Below are positions 9,316 to 20,846 of a DNA stretch of 64,000 bases, piece after piece (within the stretch, counting starts at the first letter, position 1; the number at the start of each line of letters is the position of its first letter). Position numbers and translations under genes: made by a program. The stretch comes from Desulfosudaceae bacterium (GTDB taxonomy: Bacteria > Desulfobacterota > Desulfobacteria > Desulfobacterales > Desulfosudaceae). The DNA lies in assembly GCA_963674745.2 (NCBI GenBank), contig CAXXDV010000001.1, forward strand, positions 1,920,001 through 1,984,000, written 5' to 3'. The notes beneath the pieces were generated by a model. It was given only the letters and a program-made list of their open reading frames with translations, was not told the origin of the DNA and ran no database searches.

Positions 9316-9516
9316 TCATTTCCGGTTGTTTGAAAAAGGGTGGTTTGATGGGGTGGCAAATAGTGGCCTTGATTCATGCCTGAACAGAAAACCTGACCAA
9401 GGCCGGGCCAAAGCCACGATGACCGCAACTTGACAGGTCTGATGAATATTGCCATACAGAGAATAACAACCGTATGGGTTGTTTTTATTCGCCGATGATT
9501 TTTTTAAGGAGGTCAC

Positions 9517-10719
9517 ATGGTGGCGCGTTTCTCAAATGTATGTCTGTGTGTTTTTTTGCTGTTATGCCTGGTGTCGGTTGATGCTTATTCTCAGGGGGCA
9601 TGGGATGTCGAGTTCCCCTTGCCCGGTGACAATCCGTTATGGCAGGAGGCCAAAATCCTTTGGGATCATCACTGGGATGGGAAAAACATTGATGACCTGA
9701 TCGATGTTCTGCACCGGATTGAAGCTGCCCGGAGCGATAAAATGGCGGTCAACCTCTGGCTTTCCCAGGCCTATTACCTGAAAAGCCGCTATGAAAAAAA
9801 GAACCGTCTTGAAAACTCAAAAAGAGCCGAGTCTTACGCCGCCAAAGCCGTTTCCCTGGACGGAAAAAACATGACGGCCATGAAGCTGCTGATTACCACG
9901 GTTTCTTCATACGCCGACCGGGACTATATTGAAAAAAACTACGGCCCGCTTTTTCTCAGGCAACTGCCGGTTCCGGTGGGAAGGGCCTTGCCGGTCCTTG
10001 ACACCATTCCGGATTTTGTAACGGCGCTGCAGGACTGGGACAAGCGGGAAGACATAGACAAAGGGAAAAAAGCGGTTGCGGTATTTAGAGCCATTGCCGA
10101 TGAAAACCCCGGCAACCTGATGGCCCAGTTATGGGTATGCCGGGGAGATTACTACCTGGGTTATTATTATCTGGCCCGGGGAGAAGACGATGCCTCCCTG
10201 CCATTTTTCAAACAGGGAAACGAATACGGTTTAAGGGCGCTGGCCCTCGACCCCCATAATGTGCCGGCCAATTACTGGCGGCAGCTCAACCTGGCAAGGT
10301 CCATTCAGAACGCCAATATTCTGGTCAAAGCCCGTTACCTGCATACGATCATGGACCACCTGGTGTTGACCGCCAATGAGAACACGACCTATTTTTATAG
10401 CGGCCCGCTGATTTCAACCGCGACCATTATTGAAAAAGGGGGCTGGCTGGCGGAACGGGGGCTGGGGCTGGCCGGATACACCATGGATACGGTGACCATG
10501 GGCCTGGATCTGGCCGTCAGAGCGTTCCCGGATTATTTTTATACCCGGTTTGCCAGGGCCGAGGTATTATATCATTTGGGCCAAACGTGCGAAGCCGAAA
10601 AGGTCCTGCGTCATATCCTTGAAATGGACCCTTACCAGAACCCCTATCACGGGCCGGAAAATATTTGTGTGCAGGGGCTGGCAAAAATTTTTTTAGCCGA
10701 GCATTTTCCGGAAAAATAA
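9517..10719 (+). CDS. Exported TPR-like helical-repeat protein
   Basis: AAGGAGG RBS; signal peptide; TPR-like segments (AAKAVSLDGKN, GLRALALDPHNVPANYW, ARAEVLYHLGQTCEAEKVLRHIL). Confidence 0.65.
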   Translation: MVARFSNVCLCVFLLLCLVSVDAYSQGAWDVEFPLPGDNPLWQEAKILWDHHWDGKNIDDLIDVLHRIEAARSDKMAVNLWLSQAYYLKSRYEKKNRLENSKRAESYAAKAVSLDGKNMTAMKLLITTVSSYADRDYIEKNYGPLFLRQLPVPVGRALPVLDTIPDFVTALQDWDKREDIDKGKKAVAVFRAIADENPGNLMAQLWVCRGDYYLGYYYLARGEDDASLPFFKQGNEYGLRALALDPHNVPANYWRQLNLARSIQNANILVKARYLHTIMDHLVLTANENTTYFYSGPLISTATIIEKGGWLAERGLGLAGYTMDTVTMGLDLAVRAFPDYFYTRFARAEVLYHLGQTCEAEKVLRHILEMDPYQNPYHGPENICVQGLAKIFLAEHFPEK

Positions 10720-10725
10720 CATACA

Positions 10726-13329
10726 TTATGCCTCATCATGGGTGGCGGTTACGGTAAACGTGATCCCGTCACCGGCCACAGCGGCCTGAACGGTGGTGTT
10801 CTCCGGGATGTTGCCTTTCAGGATCTCCAGGGCCAGCGGATTCTCCACGTATTTCTGGATGGCCCGTTTCAAAGGCCGGGCCCCGTACACCGGATCAAAC
10901 CCCTTGTCGGCCAGAAACTGCCGGGCGTCGTCGGTCAGCTCTAACTTGATGCCGCGGTCGGCGGTGCGGCGGCTGAGCCGTTCCACCTGGATATCTACGA
11001 TACGGGCGATCTGGCTCCGGTCGAGGTTGTGAAAGACGATGGTTTCATCAACCCGGTTCAGGAACTCAGGCCGGAAATGCTGACGCAGAATATCGGTCAG
11101 ACGCTCTTTCATCTGATCCGGATCAGACCCGGAAAGTTCCTGGATCATCTGGCTGCCGATGTTGCTGGTCATGATGATAATGGTGTTTTTAAAATCCACG
11201 GTCCGGCCGTGACCATCGGTCATGCGGCCGTCATCCAGCATCTGTAGCAGGATGTTGAAAACATCCGGATGGGCCTTTTCGATTTCGTCAAACAGGACCA
11301 CCGAGTAAGGCCGCCGCCGGACGCTTTCCGTCAGATAACCGCCCTCGTCATAACCGACATATCCCGGAGGCGCCCCGATCATTCGGGCCACCGCGTGTTT
11401 TTCCATGTATTCGGACATGTCAATGCGGATGATCTGCTCGCTGTCGAACAGGAATTCAGCCAGGGCTTTGGCCAGCTCGGTTTTGCCCACGCCCGTGGGC
11501 CCCAGAAAAATAAAGGAGCCAACCGGCCGGTTGGGGTCCTGGAGACCCGAGCGTGAACGACGGACGGCATCGGACACGGCCGAGACCGCTTCCTCCTGCC
11601 CCACCACCCGAAGCGCCAGGCGATCTTCCATTTTTATCAGCTTTTCCCTTTCGCCTTCCAGCATTTTGCTGACCGGAATGTTGGTCCAGCGGGAAACCAC
11701 TTCGGCGATGTCTTCGGCATCCACCTCTTCTTTGAGCATTTTTTTGTTTTTCTGAAACTCGGCCAGTTCTGCCTCGGTGGATTCCATTTTCTGCTTGAGC
11801 TCGTTGGTCCGCCCGTAGCGCAGCTCCGCGACTTTGGCGTAATCTCCCTGGCGTTCGGCCTGCTGCTGTTGGATACCCAGTTCATCCATCTCTTTTTTGA
11901 TGCCGCGCATGGTCTGGATAAGCGCTTTTTCATGTTCCCAGTGGGCTTTCATGCCGCCGATTTCTTCTTTTAAGTCGGCAACCTCTTTTTCCAGGGTTTT
12001 CAGCCGTTCTTTGGACTCTTTGTCGCGCTCTTTTTTCAGAGCTTCTCGCTCGATTTCCATCTGCGTGATTTTGCGCTGGATTTCATCGATTTCAGCCGGC
12101 ATGCTGTCGATTTCGATACGCATTTTAGAGGCGCATTCATCCATCAGGTCGATGGCCTTGTCCGGCAGAAAACGGTCGGTGATGTAGCGGTTGGACAGGG
12201 TCGCCGCCGCGATCAGGGCCGAGTCCCGGATTTTGACACCGTGGTGAACCTCGTATTTTTCCTTTAAACCGCGCAAAATGGAAATGGTGTCGGTCACGTT
12301 GGGCTCGCTGGTAAAAACCGGCTGGAAGCGCCGTTCCAGGGCGGCGTCCTTTTCAATATACTTGCGGTATTCGTTCAGGGTCGTGGCGCCGATACAGCGC
12401 AGGGCGCCTCTTGCCAGGGCCGGTTTGAGCATGTTGGAGGCGTCCATGGATCCTTCGCTGGCCCCGGCGCCGACCAGGGTATGCAGTTCATCGATAAACA
12501 GGATAACCGCCCCTTCGGCGCGTTCAACTTCCTTTAAAACCGCTTTGAGACGGTCTTCGAATTCTCCCCGGTATTTGGCGCCGGCAATCAGGGCGGCCAT
12601 GTCCAGGGCGACCAGTTTTTTATTCTTGAGGCCCTCGGAAACGTCACCGGCCACGATGCGCTGGGCCAGGCCCTCCACAATGGCGGTTTTCCCCACGCCG
12701 GGCTCACCGATCAGGACCGGGTTGTTTTTGGTGCGACGGGAGAGGACCTGGACCACACGCCGTACTTCCTCGTCCCTTCCGATAACCGGATCAAGTTTGC
12801 CAAGACGGGCCAGCCCGGTCAGGTCGCGGCTGTACTTTTCCAGGGCCTGATATTTTTCTTCCGGGTTCTGGTCGGTTACCTGCTGGTTTCCCCTGAAATC
12901 CATCAATACCCGTAACGCGTTTTCTTTGGTGATGCCGTGTTTTTTTAATATGCCTGATGATTTTCCGCTTTTTTCATCAATAATCGCCAGAAAGATATGG
13001 TCAACACTGACATACTGGTCTTTCATTCCGGCGCTCTGGGTAAAAGCCGCGTCCAGAACGGATTTCGTCCGTCTGGAAATATAGACTTCAGTTGCGGCCC
13101 CGCTAACTTTGGGGATTTCGTCCAGCGCGGCCATAAGGTCACTTTTCACGGTTTCCGCAGACACGCCCATTTTTTCCAGCATACCGTTGATCATTCCCCC
13201 GGAATCTTCCAGCATGGCAAACAACAGATGCTCCGGTTCAATCTGCTGATGACCGCGGCCGGATGCGTCTGATTGTGCTGCCTGAAGCAGTTCTTGTGAT
13301 TTTATGGTCAGTTTATCAACTTGCATCAT
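10726..13329 (-). CDS. clpB: ATP-dependent chaperone ClpB
   Basis: Clp N domain, two AAA modules ([17 protein letters not shown]), GAKYRGEFE and GAPPGYVG loops, long coiled-coil M domain; 867 aa. Confidence 0.98.
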   Translation of the reverse strand: MMQVDKLTIKSQELLQAAQSDASGRGHQQIEPEHLLFAMLEDSGGMINGMLEKMGVSAETVKSDLMAALDEIPKVSGAATEVYISRRTKSVLDAAFTQSAGMKDQYVSVDHIFLAIIDEKSGKSSGILKKHGITKENALRVLMDFRGNQQVTDQNPEEKYQALEKYSRDLTGLARLGKLDPVIGRDEEVRRVVQVLSRRTKNNPVLIGEPGVGKTAIVEGLAQRIVAGDVSEGLKNKKLVALDMAALIAGAKYRGEFEDRLKAVLKEVERAEGAVILFIDELHTLVGAGASEGSMDASNMLKPALARGALRCIGATTLNEYRKYIEKDAALERRFQPVFTSEPNVTDTISILRGLKEKYEVHHGVKIRDSALIAAATLSNRYITDRFLPDKAIDLMDECASKMRIEIDSMPAEIDEIQRKITQMEIEREALKKERDKESKERLKTLEKEVADLKEEIGGMKAHWEHEKALIQTMRGIKKEMDELGIQQQQAERQGDYAKVAELRYGRTNELKQKMESTEAELAEFQKNKKMLKEEVDAEDIAEVVSRWTNIPVSKMLEGEREKLIKMEDRLALRVVGQEEAVSAVSDAVRRSRSGLQDPNRPVGSFIFLGPTGVGKTELAKALAEFLFDSEQIIRIDMSEYMEKHAVARMIGAPPGYVGYDEGGYLTESVRRRPYSVVLFDEIEKAHPDVFNILLQMLDDGRMTDGHGRTVDFKNTIIIMTSNIGSQMIQELSGSDPDQMKERLTDILRQHFRPEFLNRVDETIVFHNLDRSQIARIVDIQVERLSRRTADRGIKLELTDDARQFLADKGFDPVYGARPLKRAIQKYVENPLALEILKGNIPENTTVQAAVAGDGITFTVTATHDEA

Positions 13330-13391
13330 TCTCCTCCCTCAATGATTATATGTTTTCAGCAACCCGCATTGACGGCGCTGTTACGTTAAAA

Positions 13392-13419
13392 ATATAAGCA
13401 TAAAAACAGGCGGTTCAAG
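13392..13419 (-). promoter_or_regulatory. Possible sigma32 (RpoH)-type promoter of clpB
   Basis: Minus-strand CTTGAA, 14-nt spacer, GCTTATAT; resembles CTTGAA-N13-15-CCCCATNT, upstream of a heat-shock gene. Confidence 0.4.
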
Positions 13420-13480
13420 TGGAGGTGGTCTTAAAAAGAAAAGGGGCGCATGATATCGGGCGCTTATTGCGGCTTGTGTG

Positions 13481-13626
13481 AAGGGCGACCCGCCGGTCGC
13501 CCCTACGCCCATGGCGCCCGTATGTAGGGGCGACCGGCGGGTCGCCCTTTTTTGCAAAATGGCCAGGCAGGGGCACCCCCCTGTGGGTGCACTATCATCG
13601 GGCGGCCACAGGGGGCCGCCCCCACA
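13481..13626. repeat. Cluster of GTAG-family REP palindromes (two inverted pairs)
   Basis: 13481-13506 is the exact reverse complement of 13524-13549 (GTAGGGGCGACCGGCGGGTCGCCCTT); related units at 13567-13593 (+) and 13600-13626 (-). Confidence 0.8.
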
Positions 13627-13631
13627 TCATT

Positions 13632-14105
13632 TTATCTGCGGCGGCGAATTTCACGATCCAGATCCCGTTTGGCATCCCGCTGTTTGATCTCTTCTCTTTT
13701 ATCGAATTTGCGCTTGCCCCGGGCCAGGCCCAGCTGGATCTTCGCTTTTCCGTTCTTGAAATAAACTTTCATGGGAATCAGGGAGAACCCCTTTTGATTT
13801 ATTTTTCCGTATAACCGCTTGATTTCCTGCTTGTGCAGCAGCAGTTTGCGGGGCCTTTCCGGCTCGTGGTTATCATAATAGGAAAAAGGGTAAATGCTGA
13901 TATTCATCTGGTGAAGGAATACCTCACCGTTTTTTATGCGGGCATAGGCATCCTTGAGGTTGGCTCTCCCCTGTCGCAGGGATTTGACCTCGGTGCCCTT
14001 CAACACGATTCCGGCTTCCATGGTGTCTTCAATAAAAAAGTCGTGTCGGGCCTGTTTATTGATGGTGATTATTTTGATGTGCTGATCGTTCAAGACGCAC
14101 TCCAT
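13632..14105 (-). CDS. smpB: SsrA-binding protein SmpB
   Basis: NKQARHDF, EAGIVLKGTEVKSLR, RKLLLHK, GKRKFDKRE. Confidence 0.98.
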   Translation of the reverse strand: MECVLNDQHIKIITINKQARHDFFIEDTMEAGIVLKGTEVKSLRQGRANLKDAYARIKNGEVFLHQMNISIYPFSYYDNHEPERPRKLLLHKQEIKRLYGKINQKGFSLIPMKVYFKNGKAKIQLGLARGKRKFDKREEIKQRDAKRDLDREIRRRR

Positions 14106-14149
14106 GCTCCGGTTTTAAGGAAAGGATAGCCATTCTGGCCGGAAAAATC

Positions 14150-15925
14150 CTACGCTCCGGTTCCCGGCATATTCAGAAAGATATGACCGAATTTTTTCTG
14201 GATCAAATCACTGATATCAGATGACGATGTCTGCTGAAGAACTTCGCCGATAAACGCTTCCGACGTTTTTACATCCAGCGAACGGATGGTCTTTTTGATA
14301 ATCGGTATCGAAGGCGGGTTCATGCTCAGGTTTCTCATGCCCAGTCCCAGCAGGATCGGCATGTTTATAGCCGCGCCCGCCATTTCACCGCACATGACCA
14401 GGTCGACGCTTTTTTCCCGGGAGACTTGAACGATCTGGCGGATCATGCGGATAATGGCCGGGTGCAGGGTCTGAAACAGGTGCGCCACCTTGCGGTTTCC
14501 CCGGTCAATGGCCAGTGAATATTGAACCAGGTCATTGGTACCGATACTGAAGAAATCCACTACGTCAGCCAGCATATCGGCAATCAGGACAGTGGACGGT
14601 ACTTCGATCATAATGCCCACGTCAATATCACGGTTATATTCAATTTTTTCTTTTTTCAGGGCTTCCGCGGCACGATCAAGATGCTCAATGGCTTCGGTGA
14701 TTTCTTCGACGCTGGAAATCATGGGAAACATGATTTTGACATTGCCGAACACGGCTGCCCTTAGAATGGCCCTGAGTTGTGTTTCAAAAATGTCCGGCCT
14801 TTTGAGGCAGAAGCGGATGGCCCTCAGCCCCAGGGCCGGGTTGGCTTCATCTTCAACCCGATTGTAGGAAATGGCCTTGTCACCGTTGATGTCCAGGGTG
14901 CGGATGGTAACCGGCAACGGGGCCATTTTTTCGGCAACCTGCTTGTATTGTTCAAACAATTCCGCTTCCGAAGGAAAGGAGTTTCGGCTCAGGTAAAGAA
15001 ATTCGGTTCTGAACAGGCCGATACCGTCTCCACCGTATTCTTTCAGGTGTTCGATTTCATCCGGCAGTTCGATATTGCCCAGGATCTGCAGTGTCACCCC
15101 GTCGGCTGTTTCCGACGGCAGATGACTGGCCTTGATGATATCGGTTTTATAGGCGTAATAGGCTTCCTGCCGGTTCTGGTAATCAATCAGGGTTTCTTCA
15201 TCGGGGTTGACGATGACAACACCCTTTTCTCCGTCCACGATAATAATATCATCGTTGCGGATGACGGATGTGGCTTTATCGAGGCCTAAAACAGATGGAA
15301 TTTCGAGCGTTTTTGCGATAATCGCGGTATGTGAGGTCCGCCCGCCCTTATCGGTGATAAAGCCTTTGATCCGGTCCAGTTGAATCTGGCTGGTGTCGGC
15401 TGGAGACAGATCGTGGGCGACCAGAATAACCCGTTTGGTTATTTTGCTGATTTCAACATTGGTGGTGCCCATCAGGTGTCTCATGATGCGGTCGGAAACG
15501 TGGACGATATCCGCAGCCCGGCCTTTTATATACGGGTCGGATATTTCCCGGAACATCACCTTGACCGTGGAGACCACTTTTTTTAATGCCCATTCCGCGT
15601 TAACCTGTTCTTTTTCTATGGTTTCAATGGTTTTTTCATAGAGCATTTTATCCTTGTAAAGGATTTTGTGAGTTTCCAGGATATGGATATGCTCCTGAAG
15701 TTCCTCGGGAATTTTTTTAATGATCAGGGTCAGCTCTTCCTTGGCGTTTTTTACGGCGGCTTTGAACCGGTTTACTTCGGAGGTGATATTGTCGGAATTG
15801 ATAAAATACTTGTTCACTACCTCCACACCGGGACTGTCGGTATCCACAAGGTAGGCCTTGCCGATGCAGATACCCGGAGACCCGCTGACACCGATCAGTT
15901 CTATCTGTTTATATTTCCCCGGCAC
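14150..15925 (-). CDS. ptsI: Phosphoenolpyruvate-protein phosphotransferase (PTS enzyme I)
   Basis: GGRTSHTAI phospho-His motif, GIGLFRTEFL, ANPALGLRAIR, DFFSIGTNDLVQY, MCGEMAG. Confidence 0.96.
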   Translation of the reverse strand: MPGKYKQIELIGVSGSPGICIGKAYLVDTDSPGVEVVNKYFINSDNITSEVNRFKAAVKNAKEELTLIIKKIPEELQEHIHILETHKILYKDKMLYEKTIETIEKEQVNAEWALKKVVSTVKVMFREISDPYIKGRAADIVHVSDRIMRHLMGTTNVEISKITKRVILVAHDLSPADTSQIQLDRIKGFITDKGGRTSHTAIIAKTLEIPSVLGLDKATSVIRNDDIIIVDGEKGVVIVNPDEETLIDYQNRQEAYYAYKTDIIKASHLPSETADGVTLQILGNIELPDEIEHLKEYGGDGIGLFRTEFLYLSRNSFPSEAELFEQYKQVAEKMAPLPVTIRTLDINGDKAISYNRVEDEANPALGLRAIRFCLKRPDIFETQLRAILRAAVFGNVKIMFPMISSVEEITEAIEHLDRAAEALKKEKIEYNRDIDVGIMIEVPSTVLIADMLADVVDFFSIGTNDLVQYSLAIDRGNRKVAHLFQTLHPAIIRMIRQIVQVSREKSVDLVMCGEMAGAAINMPILLGLGMRNLSMNPPSIPIIKKTIRSLDVKTSEAFIGEVLQQTSSSDISDLIQKKFGHIFLNMPGTGA

Positions 15926-15954
15926 GCTGCCTTTCCTTCCCTGTTTTTTATTGT

Positions 15955-16236
15955 TTATTCGCCAAAACCTTTTTCAACCAGCTCGGTCAGTTGTTTCAGT
16001 ATGGGAACGTCGACCTGATGCTCGGCTTCAAAACGGATTGTTGCCCCTTTTACACACGCCAGCGTCAGGATGTCAATGACACTGCTGGCATCCACTTTTC
16101 GGTCGTCGCTGATCAGCCAGACATTGTTCTCGGCTCTGGCTGCAAGGGCCGCCACCTGGGCTGCCGCCCGGGCATGAAGCCCGAGTTCGTTAACGATAAC
16201 CGCTTCATATATTCGTTTGCCTGAAGAGGGGGGCAT
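15955..16236 (-). CDS. ptsH: Phosphocarrier protein HPr
   Basis: NELGLHARAA (His15) and VDASSVIDILTL (Ser46); adjacent to ptsI. Confidence 0.93.
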   Translation of the reverse strand: MPPSSGKRIYEAVIVNELGLHARAAAQVAALAARAENNVWLISDDRKVDASSVIDILTLACVKGATIRFEAEHQVDVPILKQLTELVEKGFGE

Positions 16237-16369
16237 AATTATCTATTTATCCAAATTTTATACAATAATTTTCCATATCCTGTCAATGGATGGACAAAAC
16301 ATCAAACCAATATGATTTAAAACGGACAAAAAGAAAAGAGAAAAAACGGAATGCGTGATGACGTGCTGG

Positions 16370-16786
16370 TTATTCTTCAGCCGGCCGGGGGTGCTTTTTT
16401 TTGAACTGCTCTTCAATCTGTTTGAAGAGCTCTTTTTTTCTGGCATCTTCCCTGTTTTTCAGGTCTTCGATGGTTTTGTTCCGGTTTTGCTGCGCCTGTT
16501 TGAATCTTGCCAGTTCATCTTCCATTCCGCCTTTGGGTACATCATTGGAAAGTTGCTCGATGGCCGTATGATCGCGGATAAATACCCGGACACCATAGGC
16601 CCCGCTGGTGATCTCAACAATGCCCTGGTTTTCCAGTTTTCGGCACAGGCGGTGAACCTGCTCTTCGGAGGCCGACAGCAGTTTACCAATAGCCGCCACA
16701 GACGGCGGATGACCGTCACGGAATTCCAGTACCCGGATGGCCGCTGTTACAAGGTGGGCGGTGCGGTAAAGCGAAAGGTTCTTCAT
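16370..16786 (-). CDS. Hypothetical protein with winged-helix-like N-terminus and charged coiled-coil C-terminus
   Basis: AAGGAG RBS before ATG 16786; PPSVAAIGKLLSASEEQVHRLCRKLENQGIVEI resembles a wHTH. Confidence 0.65.
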   Translation of the reverse strand: MKNLSLYRTAHLVTAAIRVLEFRDGHPPSVAAIGKLLSASEEQVHRLCRKLENQGIVEITSGAYGVRVFIRDHTAIEQLSNDVPKGGMEDELARFKQAQQNRNKTIEDLKNREDARKKELFKQIEEQFKKKHPRPAEE

Positions 16787-16794
16787 TTGGCTCC

Positions 16795-16823
16795 TTGACA
16801 CGAATTGGATTTGATAGTAGCAT
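16795..16823 (+). promoter_or_regulatory. sigma70-type promoter of eno
   Basis: TTGACA (16795-16800), 17-nt spacer, TAGCAT (16818-16823). Confidence 0.55.
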
Positions 16824-16862
16824 CCTTCTTGAAATTGTCAATACATCGTGAACGTTCAATAA

Positions 16863-18161
<1,299 letters not shown>

Positions 18162-18199
18162 TCCGGCTTTTTCAGGGCCATCTATTCCGGACAAAAACA

Positions 18200-19057
18200 G
18201 TGACGAGAAAAATACGGCAAGCGGTTATTATATTTGTTCTGATGAATATCTGCCTGGCGTTCGCTGTGACAGTTCCGGCTTATGTTATCAGCCCGGAATT
18301 GATTCTGGAAAAAATGATCCAGGCGATCGGTTGGCCTGCCGGGTACGTCGTTACGCAGCAGGTCAGCCTGGACTATTCCGCCTGCGATAACCTTGACGAC
18401 CAGGCCGCCCTTTTCGATGAAACGGCCTGGTTTAAGACGTCCGGGAAATTTCGTTCCCGGATTGTGGTCAACAATATCAAACGCGAATATGTTTTCGATT
18501 ATGACCGGGCCTTGACCGTCATTGACGGGCAGATTATCTCAACCGCTGAAAATCCGGTGATGATCTACAAGGACCCTTTTATTTTTCGCGGCCGGGAAAA
18601 CCTGGCTGAAAGATTGTCAGCCCTGGGCATCGATATGTCCGTTGTCAGCCTGGGACGTCTGGGGGCTGCGGTGGCCTTTGTGATTGGTGCCAGATATCCG
18701 GATGAATCTGTTTCACAACTCTGGGTGGACAAGGAAACCTTTCTGCCTCTGCGGTTGATGCTGAAAAGTGACGATCCAAACGGTTCAGTTGAAGTCCGGT
18801 ACCTGGACTGGAAGCGGTATTATCGTTTTCACCATCCCCAGCGGATTGAAATTTACCGTAATGACAAGGTCAGCCGGGTTGTCTGTGTCCGAAATGTTCG
18901 GAACGGTGTCCGGGAGCCCGACAGTTTTTTTAATGTGTCGGATATGCAGTTAACATATCCGAAGGTGGGGGATGACAGTGACGCCAAACCACGGCCGGAT
19001 GAGCCGGCAGGCGGCATCCAGGAAACGATAGACGATTTTAAAAAACTTTACCGGTAA
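18200..19057 (+). CDS. LolA-like / outer-membrane lipoprotein-sorting fold periplasmic protein
   Basis: Signal peptide; SQLWVDKETFLPLR and VRYLDW..HPQRIEIY motifs typical of LolA-like beta-sheet proteins. Confidence 0.55.
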   Translation: MTRKIRQAVIIFVLMNICLAFAVTVPAYVISPELILEKMIQAIGWPAGYVVTQQVSLDYSACDNLDDQAALFDETAWFKTSGKFRSRIVVNNIKREYVFDYDRALTVIDGQIISTAENPVMIYKDPFIFRGRENLAERLSALGIDMSVVSLGRLGAAVAFVIGARYPDESVSQLWVDKETFLPLRLMLKSDDPNGSVEVRYLDWKRYYRFHHPQRIEIYRNDKVSRVVCVRNVRNGVREPDSFFNVSDMQLTYPKVGDDSDAKPRPDEPAGGIQETIDDFKKLYR

Positions 19058-20722
<1,665 letters not shown>

Positions 20723-20846
20723 TTTTTTGCAGACGTCGGTCTGCCTGGATATTATTCGGGACCGGTATGATCCAAAATATATTTACGATTGCCTGAAATC
20801 CGTTTTTTTCAAATCAATTGGGTATTAATACCAGTAGGAGAGGAAT

